64,000 bases of DNA, from the NCBI GenBank assembly GCA_022508535.1, contig JAFLUZ010000009.1:3480-67479 (forward strand). The letters are read 5' to 3'. The notes under the pieces are model-generated. The model was not told the DNA's origin, made no database searches, and saw only the letters and a list, made by a program, of their open reading frames with translations. The stretch is from Erysipelotrichales bacterium (GTDB lineage Bacteria > Bacillota_I > Bacilli_A > RFN20 > CAG-826). How positions within the stretch are numbered: the stretch's first letter is position 1; each line of letters opens with the position of its first letter. The translations under genes were made by a program, and so were the position numbers. Below are positions 39,623 to 49,454 of the stretch, one piece after another.

Positions 39623-41125
39623 TTAATCAATTGGTTTCATGCAAGGGAATAAAATAACTTCACGGATTGACGATTGTTCAGTTAATAACATAACTAATCT
39701 ATCAATACCCATTCCGACACCACCACATGGTGGCATACCATATTCTAATGATTCAACAAAGTCTACATCCATTTGACTTGCTTCATCATTACCAGCATCT
39801 CTTTCCTTTAATTGTTCAATAAATCTATTCTTTTGATCAATTGGGTCATTTAATTCAGTATACGCATTCGCGAACTCGTGTCCACCAATGTATAATTCAA
39901 ACCTTTGAACAAATCTTGGGTCTGTTGTATCAATTTTAGTTAATGGAGAAATTTCTACTGGATGACCACATAAGAATGTTGGTTGAATTAGTTTAGATTC
40001 ACAATATGTTTCAAAGAAAGCATTGATGATATGTCCTATTGTAAAGTGTTTTTCAACAGGAACATTGTGCTTTTTAGCAAATCCAATAGCTTCATCAAGT
40101 GTATAATTATTTTCTTTAAAATCTACGCCTGTTTCTTGCTTAATCATTTCACACATTGTTACGACTCTAAATGGTTTAGATAAATCAATCTTTTCTCCTT
40201 CAGGATCAAAGATATTCATAAATTCAGTCTTATTTGCAACTGTTTCAGCAGCGTATCTAATCATGCCTTCAGTAATTCTCATCATTGAAGATAAATCACC
40301 ATATGCTTCATATAACTCAATTGTAGTAAATTCTGGATTGTGAGTTAAATCCATACCTTCATTTCTAAATAATCTGCCAATCTCGTATACTTTTTCTAGT
40401 CCACCAACAATCAAACGCTTTAATGGTAATTCCGTTGCAATTCTCATATAGAAATCTTTATTTAGAGCGTTATGATGGGTTACGAATGGGCGAGCAGTTG
40501 CCCCACCTTGAATTGGTTGAAGTACTGGAGTATCAACTTCCATAAATCCTAAATCATCACAATACTTTTGAATAGCACGAATAATTCTTGGACGCATTAA
40601 TGCAATTCGCTTTGCTTCTTCATTCATTATTAAGTCAACATATCTTCTTCTATAACGTTCTTCTTTATCTGTTAATCCATGAAACTTTTCAGGTAAAGGA
40701 CGCAAAGCTTTACTTAAATGAGTATATTCTAAACATTTAACAGTTGGCTCGCCTGTTCTTGTTAACATTACAAGACCTTTGACACCAACAATATCGCCAA
40801 CATCAGCCATCTTGAATAAGTTATATTGATCTTCACCTACTGTATCAATGCTAATGTAAACTTGTTGCTTTCCTTTAACATCTTGAATAGCAAAGAAACT
40901 TGCTTTTCCCATTTTACGAATAAACATAATTCGTCCAGCAATAGATACATGCAAGTCTAATTCTTTAACTTGTTCTTCCGTTAAACTAGCGATTTTGTCT
41001 TTAATATCTTTTGACCATTCTGTACGATCATAAGCTTGTCCAAAAGGATCAATATTAAGTTCTTTTAACTTCTCTACTTTTTGTCTTCTTACTATTTCTT
41101 GATCATTTAATTCTTTTTCTTCCAT
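39623..41125 (-). CDS. lysS: Lysine--tRNA ligase (class II)
   Basis: OB-fold N-terminus and class II motifs (e.g. GGLEKVYEIGRLFRNEG). The ATG at 41125 has a GAGAGGTG RBS. Confidence 0.9.
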   Translation of the reverse strand: MEEKELNDQEIVRRQKVEKLKELNIDPFGQAYDRTEWSKDIKDKIASLTEEQVKELDLHVSIAGRIMFIRKMGKASFFAIQDVKGKQQVYISIDTVGEDQYNLFKMADVGDIVGVKGLVMLTRTGEPTVKCLEYTHLSKALRPLPEKFHGLTDKEERYRRRYVDLIMNEEAKRIALMRPRIIRAIQKYCDDLGFMEVDTPVLQPIQGGATARPFVTHHNALNKDFYMRIATELPLKRLIVGGLEKVYEIGRLFRNEGMDLTHNPEFTTIELYEAYGDLSSMMRITEGMIRYAAETVANKTEFMNIFDPEGEKIDLSKPFRVVTMCEMIKQETGVDFKENNYTLDEAIGFAKKHNVPVEKHFTIGHIINAFFETYCESKLIQPTFLCGHPVEISPLTKIDTTDPRFVQRFELYIGGHEFANAYTELNDPIDQKNRFIEQLKERDAGNDEASQMDVDFVESLEYGMPPCGGVGMGIDRLVMLLTEQSSIREVILFPCMKPID

Positions 41126-41174
41126 TGATAACACCTCTCAACGCTTTCACATTGTAACAAATATTTTATAATAT

Positions 41175-42155
41175 TTAAAGCATACTTGCTTTAATATCTT
41201 CCAAAATTTTCTTTAAATCCGAAAATGTCTCCATCTCTGTCGCTAATTTCAAGCGATTTTGCTTTGTATTTGGATAACCTTTTAAGAAATGTGGAGCAAT
41301 TCCTCGTAATTCGTGAATCGCTACATATTCACCTTTTAAATCAACTAGCATCTTTGCATAACCTTCTAAATAATTCATTTGATCATTGATTGTTGGATTA
41401 TCTAATCTTTCTCCTGTTTTAAAGAAATGATCAATTTGTTTAATTAAATATGGATTTCCTAATGCTCCTCTTGCCACCATTATTCCATCAGCGTTTGTAA
41501 TTTTTTGTGCACTTATTGCATCATCTAAAGTAAAAATGTCACCGCTTATAACTAATGGTATATTCATAATGTTTTTAATGTTTTTAATGCGTTCATAATT
41601 TGCTTTACCAGAATATAGTTGATTCCTAGTTCGAGGATGTATAGCAATAAGAGCTACACCTGCTTTTTGAAGCGTTAAAACAATTTCTTCAACATTAATT
41701 GAGCTATCATCCCAGCCAATTCTAATTTTTGCTGTCACTGGCTTACTAGATGCTTTAACTAACATAGACATCATTTCAAATAATTCATCTTTTCTCTTTA
41801 GCCATGCAGAACCAGCACCGGTTTTTGTCACTTTAGGAACCGGGCATCCAAGATTGACATCCAATATATCATAATCTATTCCTTGATTTTCTATAATTTT
41901 TAGTGCTTCAAGTAATGTATCCTTTTTCCCACCGAAAATTTGGATAGCAACCGGTCGTTCCATTTCTGAAGTTTCTAAGTACTTATACGTAACTTTATTT
42001 TCATAAATTAACCCGCAATCACTGACCATTTCTGTATATGACAAAGCAACTCCAAATTTTTTCATATATTCACGGTATGCAATATTTGTGATACCTGCCA
42101 TTGGAGCTAATATGACATTTCCTTTAAGTTCAATACTTCCTATTTTCATACTCAA
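41175..42155 (-). CDS. dusB: tRNA-dihydrouridine synthase
   Basis: VILAPMAGITNIAYRE...NLGCP is a Dus-family TIM barrel. Confidence 0.85.
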   Translation of the reverse strand: MSMKIGSIELKGNVILAPMAGITNIAYREYMKKFGVALSYTEMVSDCGLIYENKVTYKYLETSEMERPVAIQIFGGKKDTLLEALKIIENQGIDYDILDVNLGCPVPKVTKTGAGSAWLKRKDELFEMMSMLVKASSKPVTAKIRIGWDDSSINVEEIVLTLQKAGVALIAIHPRTRNQLYSGKANYERIKNIKNIMNIPLVISGDIFTLDDAISAQKITNADGIMVARGALGNPYLIKQIDHFFKTGERLDNPTINDQMNYLEGYAKMLVDLKGEYVAIHELRGIAPHFLKGYPNTKQNRLKLATEMETFSDLKKILEDIKASML

Positions 42156-42169
42156 AAAAAGGAAAGGGA

Positions 42170-44146
42170 TTAGTCCTTTCCTTCTCCATTATCTTCTGGA
42201 TTTGATTCTTCAGCAACTTCAGAATTTTCAGAAGGTGTTTCTTCGGATTTTAAATGACGATGTTCAAGTAAATAAGTAATTTCTTCTGCTGTAATTGTTT
42301 CTTGTTTTAACAACGTTTCAGCAATTAATGTAACATCATCAATATGTGCTTCAAGAATCTCACGCGCTTTCATATGTGCTTCATCAATGATTTTACGTAC
42401 TTGTGTATCAATTTCATAAGCAATTTGTGTTGAGAAATTCTTTTGTGTATTGTTATAATCACGTCCTAAGAATACAGAACCTGTATCTGTTTCATATTGG
42501 ATTGGACCAAGTGGAGACATACCAAATTCAGTAACCATACGACGAGCAATTTTAGTTGCCATTTCAATATCATTACTTGCACCTGTAGAAACATCTTTAA
42601 AGAATATTTCTTCTGAAGTACGTCCACCTAAGTAACCAACAATTCTTGCAATAAGTTGATTCTTAGTTAAATTGTAATGATCGGTTTCAGGAGCCATACG
42701 AACATGTCCACCTGTTCTTCCACGAGGAATAATTGTAATTTTTTGAACTTTATCAGAATAGTCTAAGAATAAACCAATAACTGCGTGTCCTGCTTCATGG
42801 TAAGCAACTGTTTTCTTTTCAAGTGGATCCATTGCTCTAGAGCCTTTTGCAGGTCCAACATAACGGCGATCAATAGCTTCATCAATTTCTTTAATGCCTA
42901 TAATATTTTTATGTTCACGTACTGCCAAAATTGCAGCTTCATTTAATACGTTTTCTAAATCAGCACCAGAGAAACCAACTGTTCTTTTTGCTAAATCATC
43001 AAAATTAACTTCTGGATCAATTTTCTTATTACGTGCGTGTACTTTTAGGATTTCTTCACGGCCTTTACGATCTGGTAAATCAACAGTGATTTGTCTATCA
43101 AAACGACCGGCACGTAATAATGCAGGGTCTAAGACGTCATCGCGGTTAGTAGCAGCAATAACAATAATACCAGCATTATCGGAGAATCCATCCATTTCAA
43201 CAAGTAATTGGTTGAGGGTTTGTTCACGTTCATCGTTTCCGCCACCCATACCAGCACCTCTTTGACGACCAACTGCATCAATTTCATCGATGAAAACTAA
43301 GCATGGAGCGTTTTTCTTTGCATTTTTAAACATATCTCTAACACGGCCAGCACCAACACCGACGAACATTTCAACGAAGTCAGAACCAGAAATTGAGAAG
43401 AATGGTACTCCTGCTTCACCAGCAACAGCTTTTGCTAATAAAGTTTTACCTGTACCAGGTGGGCCTACTAAAAGGACACCTTTTGGCATTTTTGCACCAA
43501 ATTCTGAATATTTCTTTGGATTCTTTAAATAATCAACCAATTCAACTAATTCAGCTTTTTCTTCATCTGCACCAGCGACATCAGTAAATTTGACTTTTGA
43601 TGAATCGACTAATCTTGCTCTAGATTTATTAAATTCCATAGCCTTATTATTAGAGCTATTTACTGAATTACTCATACCTCTAAACATTAATATACAAACA
43701 ACTGCAGTTCCTGCAATTAACAAAATTGTTGGTCCCCAGCTTTCAATCCATGATGTTTGATAAGCATCTACAACAGAGTAATTGTCACCTACAACGAAAT
43801 AAAATTCCTCTGTTTCTTCATTAGTGTCTTTATCAATCTTATGTCTATCATTAATTGCGCTATGGATATCGCTAAGTGCTACATCATCTTTAGGCAATGT
43901 GCATTCAAAGGAAATCGTTTTACCCTCTTCATTTACATACTTTCCAGTAAAAACTGTTAAAGTGCTTTTAGGGGTTTCGTTCAATTCAGTAATATTTTCT
44001 TCACCCACAAATCGGGCAAAATCACCAATTGCAATGTTTTCAGTTTTACTACCTCCGAAAAGGAATAATGATCCTATGATAACAATTATTATTCCAACAA
44101 ATATATACGGAAAAATAAAGCTTAGGATGTTCTTACTTTTTTTCAT
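42170..44146 (-). CDS. ftsH: ATP-dependent zinc metalloprotease FtsH
   Basis: Two TM helices, AAA ([17 protein letters not shown]) and protease domain HEAGHA. Confidence 0.9.
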   Translation of the reverse strand: MKKSKNILSFIFPYIFVGIIIVIIGSLFLFGGSKTENIAIGDFARFVGEENITELNETPKSTLTVFTGKYVNEEGKTISFECTLPKDDVALSDIHSAINDRHKIDKDTNEETEEFYFVVGDNYSVVDAYQTSWIESWGPTILLIAGTAVVCILMFRGMSNSVNSSNNKAMEFNKSRARLVDSSKVKFTDVAGADEEKAELVELVDYLKNPKKYSEFGAKMPKGVLLVGPPGTGKTLLAKAVAGEAGVPFFSISGSDFVEMFVGVGAGRVRDMFKNAKKNAPCLVFIDEIDAVGRQRGAGMGGGNDEREQTLNQLLVEMDGFSDNAGIIVIAATNRDDVLDPALLRAGRFDRQITVDLPDRKGREEILKVHARNKKIDPEVNFDDLAKRTVGFSGADLENVLNEAAILAVREHKNIIGIKEIDEAIDRRYVGPAKGSRAMDPLEKKTVAYHEAGHAVIGLFLDYSDKVQKITIIPRGRTGGHVRMAPETDHYNLTKNQLIARIVGYLGGRTSEEIFFKDVSTGASNDIEMATKIARRMVTEFGMSPLGPIQYETDTGSVFLGRDYNNTQKNFSTQIAYEIDTQVRKIIDEAHMKAREILEAHIDDVTLIAETLLKQETITAEEITYLLEHRHLKSEETPSENSEVAEESNPEDNGEGKD

Positions 44147-44231
44147 ATAATTACCTCCTTTTTATATGTTTCTAATATTTATAATATTAGTTTATGTCAA
44201 TATCATGCTATAAAGTATTATATATAAACAA

Positions 44232-45467
44232 TCATTTTTTTACAATAAAATTTTCATGCGATACTAATGATTGGTCACCATAATATCGAATTATGTATAC
44301 TAACTCGTTATTTTTGTTAAAAATAAGTGGCCATCTACTTCTTAATTCCTGTGGCATTTTCCAATCAATAAATAATCTAGATACTTTTTTAGGTATATTG
44401 TTTATAAAACTCATATCACCTGAGCGATAGTTTCTAATTGTGATTGGAAAATCATCCATTTTAATACGAAGTGTTTGATAATTTGATGTTAAATCTAAAG
44501 TAAAATACTCATTATCCAATTTAGTGGGTTCCTCCATAATATAAATATAGTTATCCACTTTTAAATTATTGGCAATTTTTAAGAAATTATAATCTTTTAC
44601 AATACTTTTATTATTATTAAGAGATATAACAATATTTGGTTTACTTGAATTAATTGCTTTAAAGATTTCTTCAGCGTACTTGAATGATACTTTACATGAG
44701 GCATTATTAACTTCCAAAAACAAATTTAGCAATATTGCCCATGAGCGCATATCAAGTTCGGCCAAATTTTTCGCACATATTCTATTTTCATCATCAATAT
44801 ATTCTCTTAATTTATTTTTCAAGTTTAAAAATTCCTGATTTTTGAAATCAATTTTTGCTTTGAGTTCTAATTTTTCTAACTTTGTCATATGCTCAATTGT
44901 ATTATGTCGAATTTTATTTCTTGTATAATCATCACTCAAATTCGAAACATCAATAGAAAATGGAATATGATTTTGCGCACAATACTCATATAATTCTTTT
45001 TTTGTATAATTAAGAAGTGGTCTAATAAGTAAGCAATCGTGCATTTTAGTTTGTGTTTTAATTCCATAATAATCTACAATTACGCGTCTTGTTTCTTGCA
45101 TTAAATAAGTTTCTAATAAATCATCTAAATGGTGTGCTGTTAATATAGCGTGCAAATTGTTTTCTTTTAAGCATTTAGCAAAGAATTCATATCGAATATC
45201 TCTTGCCCATGCCTGGAAATTTCCTTGACATTTTTCAATTTTATACGTATCAAGAGAATAAAATTTAATTCCATTTTGCAAGCAATACTCCCTTAATGAT
45301 TGTTCCTCAAAAGTAGATATATCTCGCTTATGATAATTTACATGTGCAACTTCAAAATTAAAATTATCTTTTAAAAGCATATCAAAAAGCGCCATAGAAT
45401 CTGGACCATAAGAACAGGCTAAAAGGTACTTTTTGCTTTTATCTAAATTTAGCACATCAATCACCAT
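44232..45467 (-). CDS. tilS: tRNA(Ile)-lysidine synthetase
   Basis: PP-loop variant LLACSYGPDSMAL, the TilS substrate domain, and its position upstream of ftsH. Confidence 0.75.
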   Translation of the reverse strand: MVIDVLNLDKSKKYLLACSYGPDSMALFDMLLKDNFNFEVAHVNYHKRDISTFEEQSLREYCLQNGIKFYSLDTYKIEKCQGNFQAWARDIRYEFFAKCLKENNLHAILTAHHLDDLLETYLMQETRRVIVDYYGIKTQTKMHDCLLIRPLLNYTKKELYEYCAQNHIPFSIDVSNLSDDYTRNKIRHNTIEHMTKLEKLELKAKIDFKNQEFLNLKNKLREYIDDENRICAKNLAELDMRSWAILLNLFLEVNNASCKVSFKYAEEIFKAINSSKPNIVISLNNNKSIVKDYNFLKIANNLKVDNYIYIMEEPTKLDNEYFTLDLTSNYQTLRIKMDDFPITIRNYRSGDMSFINNIPKKVSRLFIDWKMPQELRSRWPLIFNKNNELVYIIRYYGDQSLVSHENFIVKK

Positions 45468-45478
45468 TACTAATCATA

Positions 45479-47608
45479 TCATAATATCTGTATTGTGATA
45501 ATAGTGGAATCATCGCCAAATTTACATTTATCGTTCAAAATATTGAAAATATTGCGAGCCAAATTGTTCATATCGCCTTCATTGTTAATTAGAAGTATCT
45601 TGTTATCTATTTCTACTCTTTCTCCAATACCATCCGTAAGTAAAACAAGAATATCGCCTTTTTCGAATTGAAAATTAGTGCTTTGGTAAGTGCAATCAGA
45701 TACAATGCCTAAAGGAAGATTATGGCCTGCAATAGGAATTATTTCTCTATTTCTCACAACATATGATAAAAAGGCACCCGCTTTTATGAATGTTCCTTTT
45801 AAAGATGAAAGATTTAATTTAAAGAAATCCATAGTAGAATAGTTATCACTAGTATTTTTCATTAGCATTATATTATTCAAATCATTTACCATATCAGCAT
45901 ACCCCGTTGATAATTTGAGATGTGTTTGTATGGCAGAAAGCAAATATTTTGAACATTCTTCAGCTTGTTTGCCATGCCCCATTCCATCGCATAAACATAC
46001 GAATAGTTCTGTACCATTGTTATTAATAAAATAGTTATCGCCATTATAAGGCGGAATAAACGCTTTACTCACTATACCAATATCGTATTTGGCATTATGG
46101 ACTGCTTGATATATTATGGTAATTGTCGAGGTTAACACATTTTGTGGTTTAATTATTTTGTTATACTTAGTATCTGTATTTTGTTCGATGAAATCATCAA
46201 AAGCCGCCATATTGTCCTCATAATTTTCTAAATTAAACACGACATAGATATCATTATTTTTCATATATAATTGATAGTAATGTAAATTGGATTCAATTAT
46301 TTTTCTTTCAATTGAATTTTGATTTTGGTAATTAAACTTTATTGTGCATTTTTTCAATGGCGATTCAATAGATTTTACTAAAAATTTATATCTTTTATTT
46401 GCATCTATAAACTTTGCGTAATACATTTTTTCGCTTTTATACACTTTATAATATGTTTCAATTGCTAATGTAAGTTTATATGGAGTTATACATGTTTCAG
46501 AAATTATTTTTTTGTTACTTGAAGATATTTTTTCATCAAATAATGATGCTAGATTATTTTTTAATTTGCAAAACTGATAATGCTCACATTGTGCACAAGT
46601 ACTAGAGCGTATGTTATGTAAAGCATGATCAAAAGGATCCTTGATATTCTCTTCCTTTGTTACATCAATAAGCGAAACGTAATTTCTAAGCGCCTCAATC
46701 TGCCCATTAGTGTATGCTAAATAATTTTTTTCACTATATAAAAAACTCAGTTTTGTTGGGGCGAACAATTCAAAAAATGCCGAAGTATTTTCTTTGTTTA
46801 AAGATAAAGCAATAATAGCTGTTATAATGGTTAAATATAGGGATATATTTAGATAAATTGGAGTTGGGGCGAAGAGAAGCAAAATAACTGAAGAAACTAC
46901 ATAAAGTGGGATTTCAAATCTTTTAATAGTAAACACTAATACAAGAGGAAGAAATAATGCAGTCAATGTCAAAAATGAGTAATCTAAAAATATTGCACAA
47001 TATATACATGATAAAAAGATTGATAAAATTCCCACTTCATTTTTTAATTTTAATGCAACTAGAAGCAACACCATTCTTAAAGTTAATAATCCTGTAGGCT
47101 CAAAAAACGTACCCATTATAGCAAAAAACATCAAAATTATTGATTTACTCAAAGAAGATGCTTTTTTTTCATTACTATTTATCTCATACCAAAAATCCTC
47201 AATAGATTTTATTATAGCAATTTGAAATATCGTATTAATAATTAATAAAACAAGATTTTCTAAGGAAAAATTGATGAATAATATTCCAATAAGACAAAAG
47301 AAATTAAGAATTATTATAGGCGATAATCGTTGTTCTGGTTTTCTAAATAAATAAGAAAAAAGACAAGTTATAAATAGGAAAGAAACACCGACAATTGCAA
47401 TCTCTAAAGCATAGGCCTTTTCAATTGCGAAAGATAAAATGAGCATTGCACACAAGTTAAATAAATAACTTTTTAACCCTTTGTAAAATGAAAAATACAA
47501 TGCAATCAGCATAAAAGGATTAATCGAAAAAGAGCGATTAAATAATACAGAAATCAAAGATAATAATAATAAAAAAACATAAGTCCATCTATCAATACTT
47601 TTTTCCAT
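45479..47608 (-). CDS. spoIIE: Stage II sporulation protein E-like: a roughly 10-TM N-terminus with a C-terminal PP2C phosphatase
   Basis: Polytopic N-terminus, a C-terminal CDGMGHG PP2C motif, and a conserved location between divIC/yabQ and tilS. Confidence 0.7.
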   Translation of the reverse strand: MEKSIDRWTYVFLLLLSLISVLFNRSFSINPFMLIALYFSFYKGLKSYLFNLCAMLILSFAIEKAYALEIAIVGVSFLFITCLFSYLFRKPEQRLSPIIILNFFCLIGILFINFSLENLVLLIINTIFQIAIIKSIEDFWYEINSNEKKASSLSKSIILMFFAIMGTFFEPTGLLTLRMVLLLVALKLKNEVGILSIFLSCIYCAIFLDYSFLTLTALFLPLVLVFTIKRFEIPLYVVSSVILLLFAPTPIYLNISLYLTIITAIIALSLNKENTSAFFELFAPTKLSFLYSEKNYLAYTNGQIEALRNYVSLIDVTKEENIKDPFDHALHNIRSSTCAQCEHYQFCKLKNNLASLFDEKISSSNKKIISETCITPYKLTLAIETYYKVYKSEKMYYAKFIDANKRYKFLVKSIESPLKKCTIKFNYQNQNSIERKIIESNLHYYQLYMKNNDIYVVFNLENYEDNMAAFDDFIEQNTDTKYNKIIKPQNVLTSTITIIYQAVHNAKYDIGIVSKAFIPPYNGDNYFINNNGTELFVCLCDGMGHGKQAEECSKYLLSAIQTHLKLSTGYADMVNDLNNIMLMKNTSDNYSTMDFFKLNLSSLKGTFIKAGAFLSYVVRNREIIPIAGHNLPLGIVSDCTYQSTNFQFEKGDILVLLTDGIGERVEIDNKILLINNEGDMNNLARNIFNILNDKCKFGDDSTIITIQIL

Positions 47609-47674
47609 AATTTTTCCTCGTACTTATCTTAATATATGCGAGGTAATTTTAATGTCGAAAAAAAGTAGCTTTCG

Positions 47675-47914
47675 CTACTTTGAGTATTCTATAATTGTTT
47701 TTTCGTCATAGACTGTATAATTATCGATAGTATAGATATCGTATATATCATCATCCGGGTTAGCTAATTCTTGTTCTATTTTTTCCTTTTCTTGAGTTAA
47801 AGCAATATTATGGTTATGCTTATTTAAAAGCACAATACCCATTGTCAAAATCAATCCAAAGGAAACCACAGTTATTAAAATGGAAATTAAATTACGCATT
47901 TTTTTTGATTCCAT
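47675..47914 (-). CDS. DivIC/FtsB-like septum-formation initiator (small bitopic coiled-coil protein)
   Basis: A single TM helix followed by LTQEKEKIEQELAN, in the position of divIC in the Bacillus cluster. Confidence 0.4.
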   Translation of the reverse strand: MESKKMRNLISILITVVSFGLILTMGIVLLNKHNHNIALTQEKEKIEQELANPDDDIYDIYTIDNYTVYDEKTIIEYSK

Positions 47915-48293
47915 GTTTTTTCCTCCTTTTTGACTTTGTTTTATTATAAAATCTTTTAGCTTTGTTGTATAGAGATTTTATAAATTTTGATATTACTTTT
48001 ACAAGTTTATTAAAGTAAGGCGTAATTCTCGGAGAATAAAACTTTTGATATATAAAACACCCAATTAAAAGTGCTAATGGATAAAATATATTTAAAATAC
48101 CATCACATATCGCAACTAAAAACAAGTGATAGAGATATGCTAGCAGAATAAACAAAAGCGTTTCAAATGGAAGTCTAATGATACTCTTTTTTAATTTATA
48201 AAAGAAAGCGTTAAAAAGCGACCACAGGCATAAAAAAAGCATTCCTAAAACTATTGATCCTAGGAATACTTGAAATTGTTGACTAATGTCCAT
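47892..48293 (-). CDS. yabQ: YabQ-like small sporulation membrane protein
   Basis: Membrane protein immediately downstream of yabP with overlapping start and stop. Confidence 0.4.
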   Translation of the reverse strand: MDISQQFQVFLGSIVLGMLFLCLWSLFNAFFYKLKKSIIRLPFETLLFILLAYLYHLFLVAICDGILNIFYPLALLIGCFIYQKFYSPRITPYFNKLVKVISKFIKSLYNKAKRFYNKTKSKRRKKHGIKKNA

Positions 48294-48580
48294 TACTTAA
48301 ACAATTTCGCAAAAATATTTTCTTTGCTTGAAGTCGATTTGCCTTTATTCATAAAATGCACACTATCAATAGTGCCTTTAATTGTGATTATTCCTTTTTC
48401 CATATTCATATTTCCTAGCTCTAGATCAGATCCAGTAACATGCAAGTATCCTAAAGTAGTATCAAGTAAAAATTCTTTAGAATCAAAGCTATCTAGCTTA
48501 GTAATACCTTCAAGATCTAATGTTTTACGATCTCTAATCACAATTAAATTTCTTGCTTGCTCATTTTCCATAAAAAACAC
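48293..48580 (-). CDS. yabP: Sporulation protein YabP
   Basis: LIVIRDRKTLDLEGITKLDSFDSKEFLLDTTLGYLHVTGSDLELGNMNMEKGIITIKGTIDSVHF matches the YabP family pattern. Confidence 0.65.
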   Translation of the reverse strand: MFFMENEQARNLIVIRDRKTLDLEGITKLDSFDSKEFLLDTTLGYLHVTGSDLELGNMNMEKGIITIKGTIDSVHFMNKGKSTSSKENIFAKLFK

Positions 48581-48591
48581 CCCAATAGATG

Positions 48592-48864
48592 TTATGCAAA
48601 ATCTTTGGGGTTTATTACTTTATCTTCTAATATTTCATACATTTCATCAGCATCATCTTTTTTTGTTACTGGATTTAAGGCTAAAACCTTAATTGTTAGC
48701 TGATGTTGTCCTAAAGTTAATCTAACTATATCGCTAATCTTAACTTCTTTAGATGGTTTAGCTTTTAAATCATTAATATAAATTACACCATCTTCTAAAA
48801 TTTCTTTTGCGACTGTTCTTCTTTTTATTAATCTTGTAAGTTTTAAATATTTATCTATTCGCAC
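48592..48864 (-). CDS. S4-domain RNA-binding protein (YabO/Hsp15-like)
   Basis: MRIDKYLKLTRLIKRRTVAKEILEDGVIYINDLKAKPS is an S4 fold. Confidence 0.65.
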   Translation of the reverse strand: MRIDKYLKLTRLIKRRTVAKEILEDGVIYINDLKAKPSKEVKISDIVRLTLGQHQLTIKVLALNPVTKKDDADEMYEILEDKVINPKDFA

Positions 48865-48887
48865 TGTTTCTCACCAAGTACATTTTA

Positions 48888-49406
48888 TCATACTTTAAGC
48901 ATACTCATTATAATATTTCGAAAAATCAATATAATTTTATTTTGATATTCGTTTACAGACGCGACACCCAAAATAACAATTCCTCCTAATAACTCAGAAT
49001 TTTTAGCCATTGGATAAACAACATAGTTCATGCTTTCACCAACTCTTGCAATAGTTTGACTAAAAAGTGCCACGTTTTTGCGCTCATTTAAGGCATTGAA
49101 CAAACTATGACTGATACTTTCTCCTTCATAGTAAGTATTCTTTTCGTTAGATACTGCCAATATCTTTTCGTTACTACACAATAATACTGGTAAAGTAATT
49201 TCCTTTTCCAAATTAATAATAAGTTTTTTTGTTATTTCATCTACACCTTGAAATGAGCTAAATTTACGCACAATTAAATCAGATTCGTTATCAAGAATTA
49301 ACTCAACGCGATCTCCTTCATTAATTTTAAGTCTATTTCTAATTCCTTTTGGTATAACAATCCTTCCTAATTCATCTATTCTTCTTAATACTCCTAATGG
49401 TTCCAT
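48888..49406 (-). CDS. spoVT: Stage V sporulation protein T-like regulator (AbrB-type N-domain plus a GAF-like C-domain)
   Basis: MEPLGVLRRIDELGRIVIPKGIRNRLKINEGDRVELIL is a SpoVT/AbrB swapped-hairpin domain, in the position immediately downstream of mfd. Confidence 0.7.
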   Translation of the reverse strand: MEPLGVLRRIDELGRIVIPKGIRNRLKINEGDRVELILDNESDLIVRKFSSFQGVDEITKKLIINLEKEITLPVLLCSNEKILAVSNEKNTYYEGESISHSLFNALNERKNVALFSQTIARVGESMNYVVYPMAKNSELLGGIVILGVASVNEYQNKIILIFRNIIMSMLKV

Positions 49407-49454
49407 AAAATAAAACACCTCATAAGGTATTATTAACCAAAAGAGGTGTTTTTA

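Noticed and set aside
42894-43587. Several + strand ORFs (123, 80 and 64 aa) inside ftsH
   Set aside because: They are antisense to the highly conserved AAA region of ftsH and are artefacts of low-GC codon bias.
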